DNA from: Chloroflexota bacterium
Lineage (GTDB): Bacteria > Chloroflexota > Limnocylindria > Limnocylindrales > CSP1-4
Assembly: GCA_032128175.1 (NCBI GenBank)
Contig: JAQBHC010000098.1
Span: 1 to 63,106 of the forward strand
Length of the DNA: 63,106 nucleotides
Reading direction: 5' to 3'
The notes below the pieces were generated by a model that made no database searches, had not been told where the DNA came from, and saw only the letters and a program-made list of their open reading frames with translations. A program made the position numbers and the translations under genes. Within the stretch, counting starts at the first letter, position 1. Each line of letters opens with the position of its first letter. Below are positions 1-8,334 of this stretch, piece by piece.

Positions 1-2
1 GG

Positions 3-779
3 GATCTCGTCGCCGCCCTGCGGGCCGAGTTGGGGGCCGTTGACCCGGCCCGCACGTGTGATCTTGCGGCTGAGCTGGCGGGACTTGATGGAACGCGGCG
101 CGTGTCATCGGTTCATCGTGACCCGGTCCTCGCGCGCGTGGTGGTTCGACTCGGTCGGCGCCGTTCAACGGTGGACGGAGCGGGCTTCGACTGGGTTGCG
201 TCCGCAGAACATTGCCGGCTCGCCTACCTCCGCGGGCTGTTCCTGTCACGTGGTTCGCTGAGCCTGTCGGGCGCCCGGACGCACCTCGAGTTCGTGCTTG
301 ATCGGGCTGAGGCGCCAGTGCTCGCCGCGTGGTTGAGGGAGGAGGGTATGCCGTCCTCCTGGCGCATCCGCCGTGGCCGAGGCGTCGTCACCTGGAAGAG
401 CAACGAAGTGATCGGCCTCTTTCTGCGACGGATCGGGGCAGGTGCGGCCCTCCTCGAGCTCGAGGCGCGCCAGGTGTCGCGGACACTGCGCGGTGATCTC
501 AATCGCATCCTCAACGCCGAGTCCTCGAACCTTCAGCGCTCGGTGGCCGCGGCCGGGCGCCAGCTCGCCGCGATCGATGAGCTCGAGTCCGATGGCCGCC
601 TCGCCGAACAGCCGTACACGGTTCGGGTCGTGGCGGAAGCCCGGCGCGAGACCCCCGAGGCGACGCTCGCAGACCTGGCCGATCGCCTGGGCCTCCATCG
701 CTCCGGCGTGCAGCGCGCACTCGAGCGGATCGAGCGAGTCGCCCTTCATGGCGAGTCCCGGCCGCGTCGTCTGGCATGA
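3..779 (+). CDS. whiA: WhiA-family DNA-binding regulator, 5' end cut by window edge (only a few codons likely missing)
   Basis: Frame is open from window start. LAGLIDADG-like core (CRLAYLRGLFLSRGSLS) and C-terminal HTH (TLADLADRLGLHRSGVQRALERIE). TGA at 777-779. Confidence 0.85.
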   Translation, partial: DLVAALRAELGAVDPARTCDLAAELAGLDGTRRVSSVHRDPVLARVVVRLGRRRSTVDGAGFDWVASAEHCRLAYLRGLFLSRGSLSLSGARTHLEFVLDRAEAPVLAAWLREEGMPSSWRIRRGRGVVTWKSNEVIGLFLRRIGAGAALLELEARQVSRTLRGDLNRILNAESSNLQRSVAAAGRQLAAIDELESDGRLAEQPYTVRVVAEARRETPEATLADLADRLGLHRSGVQRALERIERVALHGESRPRRLA

Positions 780-786
780 TCCGCTG

Positions 787-1608
787 ATGCGCAGGGTGAT
801 CGTCGCCGGGAACTGGAAGATGCACAGCACGCCTGCCGATGCCGGTGAACTCGCGCGTGGAATCGCGGCCCGCACGCGCGTGGCCGGTGTCGTTCGCGTG
901 CTCTGCCCGCCCTATGTCTGTCTGGACGCGGTCGCCGCAGCCGTCGCCGGTCCTGCATCGGCGGCTCCGGATGGCAGCGGCGTGTGGGTCGGAGCGCAGA
1001 ACGTCCACCACGAGGCGGCGGGCGCGCATACCGGCGAGATCGCCGCGAGCATGCTGGTCGGGCTTGCCGACTGGGTGATCGTCGGGCACTCGGAGCGGCG
1101 CCGCGACGCGGGCGAGACGGACGCCCAGATCGCCGCAAAACTGACCCGGGCCTGGGCGGCCGGGCTCCGCCCGATCCTGTGCGTTGGCGAGGTGCTCGCG
1201 GATCGAGACGCTGGACGGGCGGAGTCTGTCGTCGAGGGGCAGCTCAGAGGCGCACTCGCCGGCGCGGCCGTCATGGATGTCGCGGCGGCGAGCGACGATC
1301 AGCAGCTCCCGTGGCTGACCATCGCGTACGAGCCCGTCTGGGCGATCGGCACGGGCCGCAATGCCCGCGGCGCCGATGCGGCTTCGATGGCTGAAGCCAT
1401 CCGACGAACCCTCGATGACCTCGGGATTCCTGGTGCCGATGTGCCCATCCTGTACGGCGGATCGGTGACTTCGGCCAACATCGATGAGTTCCTGTTGGAA
1501 CCGTCGCTCGATGGGGCGCTCGTCGGCGGCGCGTCACTCAAGGTCGATGAGATGGCCGGGATCGTCGCCCGGGCGGGGCTGACGGCAGCGGCTCGCAGCG
1601 GCAGGTGA
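787..1608 (+). CDS. tpiA: triosephosphate isomerase
   Basis: MRRVIVAGNWKMH start, AYEPVWAIGTG and ILYGGSV motifs. The longer ORF-track version (from 442) overlaps whiA and is rejected. Confidence 0.95.
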   Translation: MRRVIVAGNWKMHSTPADAGELARGIAARTRVAGVVRVLCPPYVCLDAVAAAVAGPASAAPDGSGVWVGAQNVHHEAAGAHTGEIAASMLVGLADWVIVGHSERRRDAGETDAQIAAKLTRAWAAGLRPILCVGEVLADRDAGRAESVVEGQLRGALAGAAVMDVAAASDDQQLPWLTIAYEPVWAIGTGRNARGADAASMAEAIRRTLDDLGIPGADVPILYGGSVTSANIDEFLLEPSLDGALVGGASLKVDEMAGIVARAGLTAAARSGR

Positions 1609-3185
1609 GCCCGAAGTCCGTCCGTCCTCGACCGCTCGTCCTCGTCATCCTCGATGGATTCGGCATCGGCGGGAACGTGGCGGCCGATGCGATCCAGGCG
1701 GCAGCGATGCCGACCTGGCGGAGCCTCCTCGAGCGCTGGCCCCACAGCGCGCTTGGAGCTTCCGAGGGCTCCGTCGGGTTGCCGCCGGGCCAGATGGGCA
1801 ACTCCGAAGTCGGGCATCTCAACCTCGGTGCCGGGCGACCCGTCCAGCAGGACCTGCCGCGGATCGATGCCGCTATCGACGACGGCTCGTTCTTCGCGCG
1901 CCCCGCGCTGCTGGCTGCCTGCGACCGAGCCCGCGACGCCGGCGGGCGCCTGTCGATCGTCGGTCTGGTTGGCCCCGGCGGCGTCCATGCCAACGACCGG
2001 CATCTGGTTGCACTTGCCGATCTGGCTGCCCGTCGCGGTGTCGCATCGGTTCGCGTGCACGCCCTGTTGGACGGACGGGATACGGCGCCGCGATCCGCGC
2101 TCGGCTTCGTAACGGAGCTCGAGGCTCGACTAGGCGCGGCGCATCCGGACGCGAAGATTGCATCCGTCGGTGGCCGCTACTACGCGATGGATCGCGATCG
2201 TCGCTGGGATCGGGTCGAGATCGGCTATGACGCGATCGTCCACGGGGCGGGGGCGTCGGCTGAGAGCGCCCAGGCGGCCATCGCCCGAGCCTACGAGCAG
2301 GGCGAGTCCGACGAGTTCATCAGGCCGGTCGTGATGGTCGATGTGGGCGGCCGGCTTCGCGATGGCGACCCGATCATTCACCTGAACTTCCGGGCCGACC
2401 GGGCTCGTCAGCTGACCCACGCGCTGGCCGACCCCGAGTTCGCCGCGTTCGACCGAGCCGCGCCCGACGGATCAGCGGCGCCGCGCGGACTGCAGGTCAC
2501 CACGATGACCGAATACGAAGCGGCACTTCCGGTGGCCGTGGCCTTTCCCCCCGAGAACAGCCACTCGCTCGCGGATGCCTGGGCCGAGGCGGGCTGGCGG
2601 CAGCTCCATCTCGCCGAGACCGAGAAATACGCGCACGTCACCTACTTCTTCAACGGCGGCCGGGAGGCCCCCCATCCCGGCGAGGAGCGGGTGCTGGTTC
2701 CGAGCCCGAAGGTCGCGACCTACGACCTCGAGCCGCAGATGAGCGCGCCCGGCGTGACGGACGAGCTCGTCGCCGCCATCCGAGGCGGCCTGTACGACGT
2801 CATCGTGGTCAACTATGCCAATGCCGATATGGTCGGCCACACCGGCGACTGGACCGCCACGCTGACGGCGCTCGAAACTGTCGATACCTGTCTCAGCCGT
2901 GTCACCAAGGTCCTCGCGGAGCTCGATGCAGCCGATCCATCGGGGCCTGGCTCGATCCTCGCAGTCACCGCGGATCACGGCAACGCCGACGAACTGCTCG
3001 ACAGCGAGGGCCATCCGGTCACCGCGCACTCTCTCAACCCGGTGCCGTTCCTGCTGGCCGGCCGAGCCGTGGACGAGAGGCGACTCACCGATGGCGTGCT
3101 CGCCGACGTTGCTCCGACGCTGCTCGAGGTGCTCGGCCTGCCTGCCTGGCCGGAGATCACCGGGCACTCGTTGCTACGCTCATGA
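1605..3185 (+). CDS. gpmI: 2,3-bisphosphoglycerate-independent phosphoglycerate mutase
   Basis: LVILDGFGIG, GNSEVGHLNLGAGR and TADHGNAD motifs, 526 aa. GTG start overlaps the tpiA stop (GTGA). Confidence 0.95.
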   Translation: MSPKSVRPRPLVLVILDGFGIGGNVAADAIQAAAMPTWRSLLERWPHSALGASEGSVGLPPGQMGNSEVGHLNLGAGRPVQQDLPRIDAAIDDGSFFARPALLAACDRARDAGGRLSIVGLVGPGGVHANDRHLVALADLAARRGVASVRVHALLDGRDTAPRSALGFVTELEARLGAAHPDAKIASVGGRYYAMDRDRRWDRVEIGYDAIVHGAGASAESAQAAIARAYEQGESDEFIRPVVMVDVGGRLRDGDPIIHLNFRADRARQLTHALADPEFAAFDRAAPDGSAAPRGLQVTTMTEYEAALPVAVAFPPENSHSLADAWAEAGWRQLHLAETEKYAHVTYFFNGGREAPHPGEERVLVPSPKVATYDLEPQMSAPGVTDELVAAIRGGLYDVIVVNYANADMVGHTGDWTATLTALETVDTCLSRVTKVLAELDAADPSGPGSILAVTADHGNADELLDSEGHPVTAHSLNPVPFLLAGRAVDERRLTDGVLADVAPTLLEVLGLPAWPEITGHSLLRS

Positions 3186-3252
3186 TCAACCGACCGGCGA
3201 TCCATGACGAGTGCCGTGACGGCCGCCGCGGCGGGGTCGGGCCGGCACCCTG

Positions 3253-3261
3253 TGCTACCAT
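3253..3261 (+). promoter_or_regulatory. putative extended -10 promoter (TGcTACCAT) for secG
   Basis: TG-n-TACCAT lies 31 nt upstream of the secG GTG. GGAGGA SD at 3278-3283. Member of the recurrent TGCTAnAnT motif in this window. Confidence 0.4.
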
Positions 3262-3291
3262 CCGACGCCGTCACCCTGGAGGACCTGCTTC

Positions 3292-3522
3292 GTGAATCCT
3301 GTCCTGGCCGCGGGCCAGCTCATCGTCTCCGTCGCCCTCATCCTGTCCGTCATCATGCAGGCTCGAGGAGCCGGTCTGTCCGGCGCATTCGGCGGTGATT
3401 CCGCCGTCTACCGAAGCCGCCGCGGGATCGAGCGTCGCCTGTGGCAGTTCACGATCGCGCTGCTGGTGCTGTTCGTCCTCTTCTCGATGACCTCGTACCT
3501 GCTCGACAAGTCCGGGGCCTAG
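3292..3522 (+). CDS. secG: preprotein translocase subunit SecG
   Basis: 76 aa with two TM segments flanking a Gly-rich loop (GAGLSGAFGG), typical SecG layout. Follows the glycolytic genes as in Gram-positives. Confidence 0.85.
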   Translation: MNPVLAAGQLIVSVALILSVIMQARGAGLSGAFGGDSAVYRSRRGIERRLWQFTIALLVLFVLFSMTSYLLDKSGA

Positions 3523-3562
3523 CCGGCCGCCGCTGTCGCGGTCCGCAAGCGACGACCACGCG

Positions 3563-5299
3563 ATGCACCTTCGCGACCGTGCGGTCATCGGCCTTCTGTC
3601 CCTCGTACTGGTCGGCCTGACAGCTGCCGTCGTCGCGCCGTCGCTGGCGCCGGCTGATCCAGGCGAAACCCCGAGCGCGAGCGACCGTGTCCTCAGGCCG
3701 TACGTCGAAGGGGTCATCGGCAGCGCCGCTACGCTGAGTCCGTTCAGCGCCCAATCGGTGGTAGAGCGGACGATCGCGTCCCTCCTGTTTCGGGGACTTG
3801 TCCGGCTGGGTCCTGACGACCGATTGATTGGTGATCTCGCGGAGCGCTGGACCGTAGACGACTCGGGATCCGCGTGGACCTTCCATCTTCGGCCCGGCCT
3901 CTCATGGCACGACGGCGAGCCGATCACCTCGGCCGACGTGCTGTTCACCGTCCGGGCCCTCAGTGATCCCTCCTACCAGGGGCCGGGGGCTGCGTCATGG
4001 CGCGAGGTGACGGCGACGTCCGCGGATCCACTCACCGTCACCCTGACATTGGCGACGCCCCTCGGCGGCTTCCTCCAGGCCGCCACCCAGCCCATCGCAC
4101 CCGAGCACCTTCTCGGCCGTATCGCCCCCGCGGAGCTACCGGCTGCCTCGTTCGGGCAACGGCCGGTTGGCTCTGGCGCCTTCCGCCTCGGGTCCCTGGA
4201 TGCGGAGCATGCCGTTCTCGTGCCGTGGGTGGCAGGCGATGTCCCGGATCGTTCGGCGGCACCCGGCCAATCGGCGCCGCAGGCCACGGATTCGCTGGCC
4301 TCACCGTCCCCAAGCGCTCCGGGCGGAGCACCCGTCCCGTACCTCGACGGGATCGTGTTCCGGTTCTTCCCAAATGCGGCTGCTCTGGAGGCGGCCTGGT
4401 CCCTCGGCCAGCTCGACGGAGCAGGCGGCCTGCCGGCCGGGGCGGCGGCGCGGCTGACCGCAGGCGGCGATGCCAGGATCATCCGATACCCATCGACGAC
4501 GCTCTTCGCGGTTACGCTCAATCTGCGCCCAACGCATCCACAGTTCCGCGACGCTGGCGTGCGTGTGGCCCTGCTCCAGGCGATCAATCGCGATGCGATC
4601 GTGGGCTCACTGCTCGGCGGGTTCGCCACTCGCGCCGACGGCCTGATTCCGAGCACGAGCTGGGCATTCGACTCGGACGCGACCACCGCTATCGCTTACG
4701 ACCCGGAAGCCGCAACGGCGGCGCTGGTTGCCGCCGGCTGGAAGCACGCTGCTGACGGCGGCTGGATCCCGAAGGGCGGCAAGGATCCGCTCACCATCGA
4801 GATCATCAGCCCGTTGGAGGAGGCGAACCCGACGGCATTCGGCATTGCCGCCGCTGTCGCGGCGGACTGGCAGGCCATCGGCTTGACCGTCACCCACGTC
4901 CCACTCCCCGGTGCCGAATTCGTGGGCGACCGACTGCAGGTCGGGGAATTCGACGCGGCGGTCACGGGCACCACGATCGGTCTCGATCCGGACCTCTATC
5001 CGCTCCTTGCCTCGACGCAGGCAAAGCGCACAGGCTCGAACTTCAGCGGGCTTCAGGATCCCACCCTGGATCCGCTGCTGGTCAAGGCTCGCGCCCCCGG
5101 CTCCGACGAGGTACGCAAGGCAGCCTACGCGGCCCTCCAGGTCAAGCTTTCCGCGGGCACCTACGTGCTGCCGCTGGCCTTCGGAGACCTCGTCGTGGTG
5201 GTCCGAAACACGCTCAGCGGACCCCTCGAACGACCGGTCGGAGCCCCCGGGGACCGATTCTGGGATGTGCTAACATGGCGCCTCGCCGAGGGCCGTTGA
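3563..5299 (+). CDS. ABC-transporter substrate-binding protein, family 5 (peptide/nickel type), N-terminal membrane anchor/signal
   Basis: N-terminal hydrophobic segment. Family-5 SBP-like core (LFRGLVRLGPDDRLIGDLAERWTVDDSGSAWTFHLRPGLSWHDGEPITSADV), 578 aa. No permease or ATPase genes adjacent. Confidence 0.8.
   Translation: MHLRDRAVIGLLSLVLVGLTAAVVAPSLAPADPGETPSASDRVLRPYVEGVIGSAATLSPFSAQSVVERTIASLLFRGLVRLGPDDRLIGDLAERWTVDDSGSAWTFHLRPGLSWHDGEPITSADVLFTVRALSDPSYQGPGAASWREVTATSADPLTVTLTLATPLGGFLQAATQPIAPEHLLGRIAPAELPAASFGQRPVGSGAFRLGSLDAEHAVLVPWVAGDVPDRSAAPGQSAPQATDSLASPSPSAPGGAPVPYLDGIVFRFFPNAAALEAAWSLGQLDGAGGLPAGAAARLTAGGDARIIRYPSTTLFAVTLNLRPTHPQFRDAGVRVALLQAINRDAIVGSLLGGFATRADGLIPSTSWAFDSDATTAIAYDPEAATAALVAAGWKHAADGGWIPKGGKDPLTIEIISPLEEANPTAFGIAAAVAADWQAIGLTVTHVPLPGAEFVGDRLQVGEFDAAVTGTTIGLDPDLYPLLASTQAKRTGSNFSGLQDPTLDPLLVKARAPGSDEVRKAAYAALQVKLSAGTYVLPLAFGDLVVVVRNTLSGPLERPVGAPGDRFWDVLTWRLAEGR
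5268..5276 (+). promoter_or_regulatory. putative extended -10 promoter (TGcTAACAT) for the tRNA-Leu/Leu/Val cluster
   Basis: TG-n-TAACAT inside the 3' end of the SBP gene, about 50 nt upstream of tRNA-Leu(CAG). Confidence 0.35.
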
Positions 5300-5327
5300 G
5301 CACGGCACCACTAGCTCGCAGATCCGT

Positions 5328-5414
5328 GCCGAGGTGGCGAAATTGGCAGACGCGCTAGCTTCAGGAGCTAGTGCCCGCAAGGGCGTATGGGTTCAAGTCC
5401 CTTCCTCGGTACCA
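5328..5414 (+). tRNA. tRNA-Leu (anticodon CAG), CCA encoded
   Basis: Hand-folded. 7-bp acceptor stem GCCGAGG/CCTCGGT, anticodon loop TTCAGGA, long variable arm, GGTTCAAGTCC T-arm, 3' ACCA. Confidence 0.9.
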
Positions 5415-5463
5415 CCCCTCGCGGACCCCGCTCAGATCCTCGGAGCCGGCGAACACACCTGAT

Positions 5464-5548
5464 GCCCAGGTGGCGGAATTGGTATACGCGTACGTTTGAG
5501 GGGCGTATGAGGCAACTCATCCGGGTTCAAGTCCCGGCCTGGGCACCA
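5464..5548 (+). tRNA. tRNA-Leu (anticodon GAG), CCA encoded
   Basis: Acceptor stem GCCCAGG/CCTGGGC, anticodon loop TTGAGGG, long variable arm, GGTTCAAGTCC T-arm, 3' ACCA. Confidence 0.9.
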
Positions 5549-5610
5549 CACTACTCTTCCTGACCGAGTCCGACTGGGGCCGCGCCCGGCAATCCGATAG
5601 GCTGAACCTC

Positions 5611-5687
5611 GGGCGGTTAGCTCAGTTGGTCAGAGCGCCTCGTTTACACCGAGGAAGTCACTGGTTCGAGTCCAGTACCGCCCACCA
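5611..5687 (+). tRNA. tRNA-Val (anticodon TAC), CCA encoded
   Basis: Acceptor stem GGGCGGT/ACCGCCC, TAGCTCAGTTGG D-loop, anticodon loop TTTACAC, GGTTCGAGTCC T-arm, 3' ACCA. Confidence 0.92.
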
Positions 5688-5749
5688 TCCCCCTGACGTT
5701 CCGGGCGGCTGCGCGCCCACGTGCCTGCGCGTCCCGGTTCAGAGCCCCC

Positions 5750-5758
5750 TGCTAGACT
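5750..5758 (+). promoter_or_regulatory. putative extended -10 promoter (TGcTAGACT) for lemA-htpX
   Basis: TG-n-TAGACT lies 57 nt upstream of the lemA ATG. Confidence 0.4.
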
Positions 5759-5814
5759 GCCCGGACGGGGGAGACCAAGCGTGACCCGCGGGACCCCGCC
5801 AGGTGGAGATTTCA

Positions 5815-6378
5815 ATGGAATTGATCGTCATTCTCGTGATCCTTGGCGCGATCGCATTGTTCGTGATCGGGATCTACAACGGTCTCGTCGGACGACGGAA
5901 CCGGGTCGATGAGGCACTCGCCCAGATCGAGGTTCAGCTGAAGCGTCGGCACGACCTCATCCCGAACCTCGTCAACGCCGTGAAGGGCTACATGGGGTTC
6001 GAGCAGAGTGTCCTGACCAAGGTCACCGAGGCGCGCGCGAATGCTGTCTCCGCTGGTGCCCAGGGCGTCGCCGCGCAGGCCCAGGCCGAGAACGCGCTGA
6101 CCTCGACGCTGCGCTCACTGTTCGCGGTCGTGGAGAATTACCCGGACCTCAAGGCCAACCAGAACGTCCTCGAGCTGCAGGAGCAGCTGACGACCACGGA
6201 GAACCAGATCTCCTTCAGTCGCCAGCACTACAACGCTTCCGTCCTCGACTACAACACGTCGATCCAGACATTCCCGGCCCTGGTCTTCGCGGGGATGTTC
6301 GGTTTCGCCAAGCGTGACTTCTTCGACGCCGAGCCCGAGGCTTCGAACGTTCCCACGGTGGATCTGAGCCTCAGCTGA
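5815..6378 (+). CDS. lemA: LemA family membrane protein
   Basis: N-terminal TM segment, then YNGLVGRRNRVDEALAQIEVQLKRRHDLIPNLV and ENYPDLKANQNV, classic LemA motifs. ATG 5815 follows GGTGGAG. The ORF-track start at 5803 is also possible. Confidence 0.9.
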   Translation: MELIVILVILGAIALFVIGIYNGLVGRRNRVDEALAQIEVQLKRRHDLIPNLVNAVKGYMGFEQSVLTKVTEARANAVSAGAQGVAAQAQAENALTSTLRSLFAVVENYPDLKANQNVLELQEQLTTTENQISFSRQHYNASVLDYNTSIQTFPALVFAGMFGFAKRDFFDAEPEASNVPTVDLSLS

Positions 6379-6418
6379 GCACGGCTACGGGCATCAGGCC
6401 CGGGCCTTCGGAGAGCAC

Positions 6419-7396
6419 ATGGCCGCGCTGACCTTTCACGCCCAGCAGTCGGCGAACCGACGCAATTCGTTCCTGCTTGCGATCGTCGTCATCGCGCTCC
6501 TGTCCGCGCTCGGGTATGCCATCGGCTACGCCGTGACCGCGAGTCCGGCGGGTGGGATCGGGGCGACGGGGATTGCGATCGGCATCGGGAGCCTCATGTC
6601 GCTGGGCAGCTACTTCGCCGGCGACAAGCTGGTCCTGGCGGCGTCCGGAGCCAAGCGCGCGGACGACGGCCAGACCCCGCAGCTCCTGAACGTGGTTCGC
6701 GAGCTCGCCCTCGCGGCCAACATTCCCATGCCGGCGGTGTATCTCATCGATGACACCGCCCCGAACGCATTTGCCACCGGCCGCGATCCGAAATACGCTT
6801 CGATCGCCATCACGACCGGCCTGCTCCAGAAGCTGGACCGGGAGGAGCTCCAGGGCGTGATCGGCCACGAGCTGTCGCACGTGCGCAACCTCGACATCCG
6901 GTTCTCGCTCCTCGTCGGTGTGCTCGTGGGCTCCGTTGCCTTGCTGTCCCACTTCTTCCTGCGCTTCACCTGGTTTGGCGGCGGCCGCCGTTCGGGAAAC
7001 AGTGATCGAGGCAGCGGGGGACTGCAGGCGATCATGTTCGTCATTGCCATCGTGCTGGCGATCGTCGCCCCCATTGCGGCCCGCCTCGTTCAACTGGCGG
7101 TCAGCCGACAGCGCGAGTACCTGGCCGATGCATCCTCCGTCGAACTGACCCGGAACCCGGCCGGTCTTGAGCGCGCGCTGGCCAAGATAGCGACGGACCG
7201 AGAGGTACTCGAGGTCGCCAACCCGGCCACCCAGCACCTCTACTTCACGAACCCGATCAAGAAGTTCGAGGAGCGCTCGAACTCGATCTTCTCGACCCAC
7301 CCGGCGATCGTCGATCGGATCAATCGGCTGCGTGAGCTGAACCATCAAACGCCACTCCATTCGGCCGATCTGGCCCAGCTCGCCGGCCTCAGTTGA
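6419..7396 (+). CDS. htpX: M48-family zinc metalloprotease HtpX homolog
   Basis: HELSHVRNLD (HExxH), four TM segments, EYLADASS and FSTHPAIVDRI motifs. LemA-HtpX pairing is common. Confidence 0.9.
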   Translation: MAALTFHAQQSANRRNSFLLAIVVIALLSALGYAIGYAVTASPAGGIGATGIAIGIGSLMSLGSYFAGDKLVLAASGAKRADDGQTPQLLNVVRELALAANIPMPAVYLIDDTAPNAFATGRDPKYASIAITTGLLQKLDREELQGVIGHELSHVRNLDIRFSLLVGVLVGSVALLSHFFLRFTWFGGGRRSGNSDRGSGGLQAIMFVIAIVLAIVAPIAARLVQLAVSRQREYLADASSVELTRNPAGLERALAKIATDREVLEVANPATQHLYFTNPIKKFEERSNSIFSTHPAIVDRINRLRELNHQTPLHSADLAQLAGLS

Positions 7397-7465
7397 AGCG
7401 GCGGCCCGGGCTCGCGGCGCGCCGGACTTCGAACGGCCGATGGTTTGCCGCTCCGGAAAGGCCCG

Positions 7466-7474
7466 TGCTATCCT
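7466..7474 (+). promoter_or_regulatory. putative extended -10 promoter (TGcTATCCT) for the tRNA Phe-Gly-Gln-Cys cluster
   Basis: TG-n-TATCCT with a TTGCCG -35-like hexamer 18 nt upstream, about 40 nt before tRNA-Phe. Confidence 0.4.
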
Positions 7475-7514
7475 CCGGCACGCCGTCGGGCCGTTGGTCC
7501 GCAAGGCCCATCGG

Positions 7515-7590
7515 GCCGAGATAGCTCAGTTGGTAGAGCACGCGACTGAAAATCGCGGTGTCGCCAGTTCGAATCTGGCTCTCGGCACCA
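7515..7590 (+). tRNA. tRNA-Phe (anticodon GAA), CCA encoded
   Basis: Acceptor stem GCCGAGA/TCTCGGC, anticodon loop CTGAAAA, GGTTCGAATC T-arm, 76 nt. Confidence 0.92.
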
Positions 7591-7615
7591 TCGCCGGTGC
7601 GCGCAGCAATCCCGA

Positions 7616-7691
7616 GCGGAAGTGGCTCAGTTGGTAGAGCATCACCTTGCCAAGGTGAGGGTCGCGGGTTCGAGTCCCGTCTTCCGCTCCA
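7616..7691 (+). tRNA. tRNA-Gly (anticodon GCC), CCA encoded
   Basis: Acceptor stem GCGGAAG/CTTCCGC, anticodon stem TCACC/GGTGA with loop TTGCCAA, GGTTCGAGTCC T-arm, 76 nt. Confidence 0.92.
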
Positions 7692-7740
7692 TTTCTTTGC
7701 CCGTCAGCCCTGGCTGACCCAGATGGCCCAATCGACCGGC

Positions 7741-7814
7741 TGCCCCTTGGTCTAGTGGTAGGACAGCGGACTTTGGATCCGTTGGGCGAGGTTCGAATCC
7801 TCGAGGGGCAACCA
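7741..7814 (+). tRNA. tRNA-Gln (anticodon TTG), CCA encoded
   Basis: U1-A72 acceptor stem TGCCCCT/AGGGGCA, anticodon loop CTTTGGA, GGTTCGAATCC T-arm, 74 nt. Confidence 0.9.
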
Positions 7815-7841
7815 CCTCCGGATCCGGTCCGGCTCCCCGGC

Positions 7842-7881
7842 CCGCCGAGGGCTGGCTGTCCCGGGTCCGCCGAGGGCTGGC
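7842..7881. repeat. 15-nt direct repeat CCGCCGAGGGCTGGC x2 (period 25) in the 166-nt tRNA-Gln/tRNA-Cys spacer
   Basis: Exact copies at 7842-7856 and 7867-7881. Confidence 0.9.
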
Positions 7882-7980
7882 CACTGCGGGCCGCCGCCGA
7901 CCGACTGGCCGCCTCGAGCCCGATGATCCAATCGGCCCTCGGGCAGTTGCTATGGCACAATCCGCGGGCTGCGATCCCGA

Positions 7981-8057
7981 GGCGACGTGGTGAAGTGGCT
8001 TAACACGGAGGTCTGCAAAACCTCTACTCACCGGTTCGAATCCGGTCGTCGCCTCCA
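7981..8057 (+). tRNA. tRNA-Cys (anticodon GCA), CCA encoded
   Basis: Acceptor stem GGCGACG/CGTCGCC, anticodon loop CTGCAAA, GGTTCGAATCC T-arm, 77 nt. Confidence 0.9.
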
Positions 8058-8334
8058 CAATCTGAACACAACTCGGCCCGCTTCGGTGTCGCCGTCACCG
8101 CAGTCCGGCGCGAGGGCACGATGCGTCCAGGGTGAAATCGCGTTGCGTGAGCGCACCGGAATCTGTCGACAAGTAGGTAGAACTCACGCCGTCGCTGGCG
8201 CATGATGCCTACAACGGAGAGGTGGCAGGAGCTTTGGGGGGAGTTCCGCGGTACGGCGTTCCATTGAATCGGTCGCCCGACTCGTACCGCAGGCCAATGG
8301 CGAGACCGACCTCGGCCGAAGGAGGTAGTTGCTC

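Noticed and set aside
442-786. Upstream extension of tpiA (ORF-track start at 442).
   Set aside because: It overlaps the whiA coding region in another frame. TPI homology begins at MRRVIVAGNWKMH (787).
6371-7504. Long antisense ORFs: 6371-7504 (-), 30825-32222 (-), 32740-34071 (-), 37307-38368 (-), 45115-46380 (-), 51183-52784 (-), and many others of 60-250 aa.
   Set aside because: They lie opposite confidently identified conserved genes. They have Arg/Pro/Gly/Ala-dominated low-complexity translations typical of stop-poor frames in high-GC DNA, and no recognisable motifs.
7692-7740. Hairpin GTCAGCCCTGGCTGAC after tRNA-Gly as an intrinsic terminator.
   Set aside because: No U-tract follows on either strand, and it sits inside what looks like a co-transcribed tRNA cluster.
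7815-7980. Hidden or degenerate tRNA, or small RNA, in the 166-nt Gln-Cys spacer.
   Set aside because: I could not fold a cloverleaf and there is no T-arm GTTCRANYC motif. Only a 15-nt direct repeat is present, and that is reported as a repeat feature.
8058-8334. Calling the leader a definite c-di-AMP (ydaO) or Mn (yybP-ykoY) riboswitch.
   Set aside because: Only short, scattered string matches, and I could not reconstruct the pseudo-two-fold architecture by hand. It is kept as a hypothesis to test, not as a feature.
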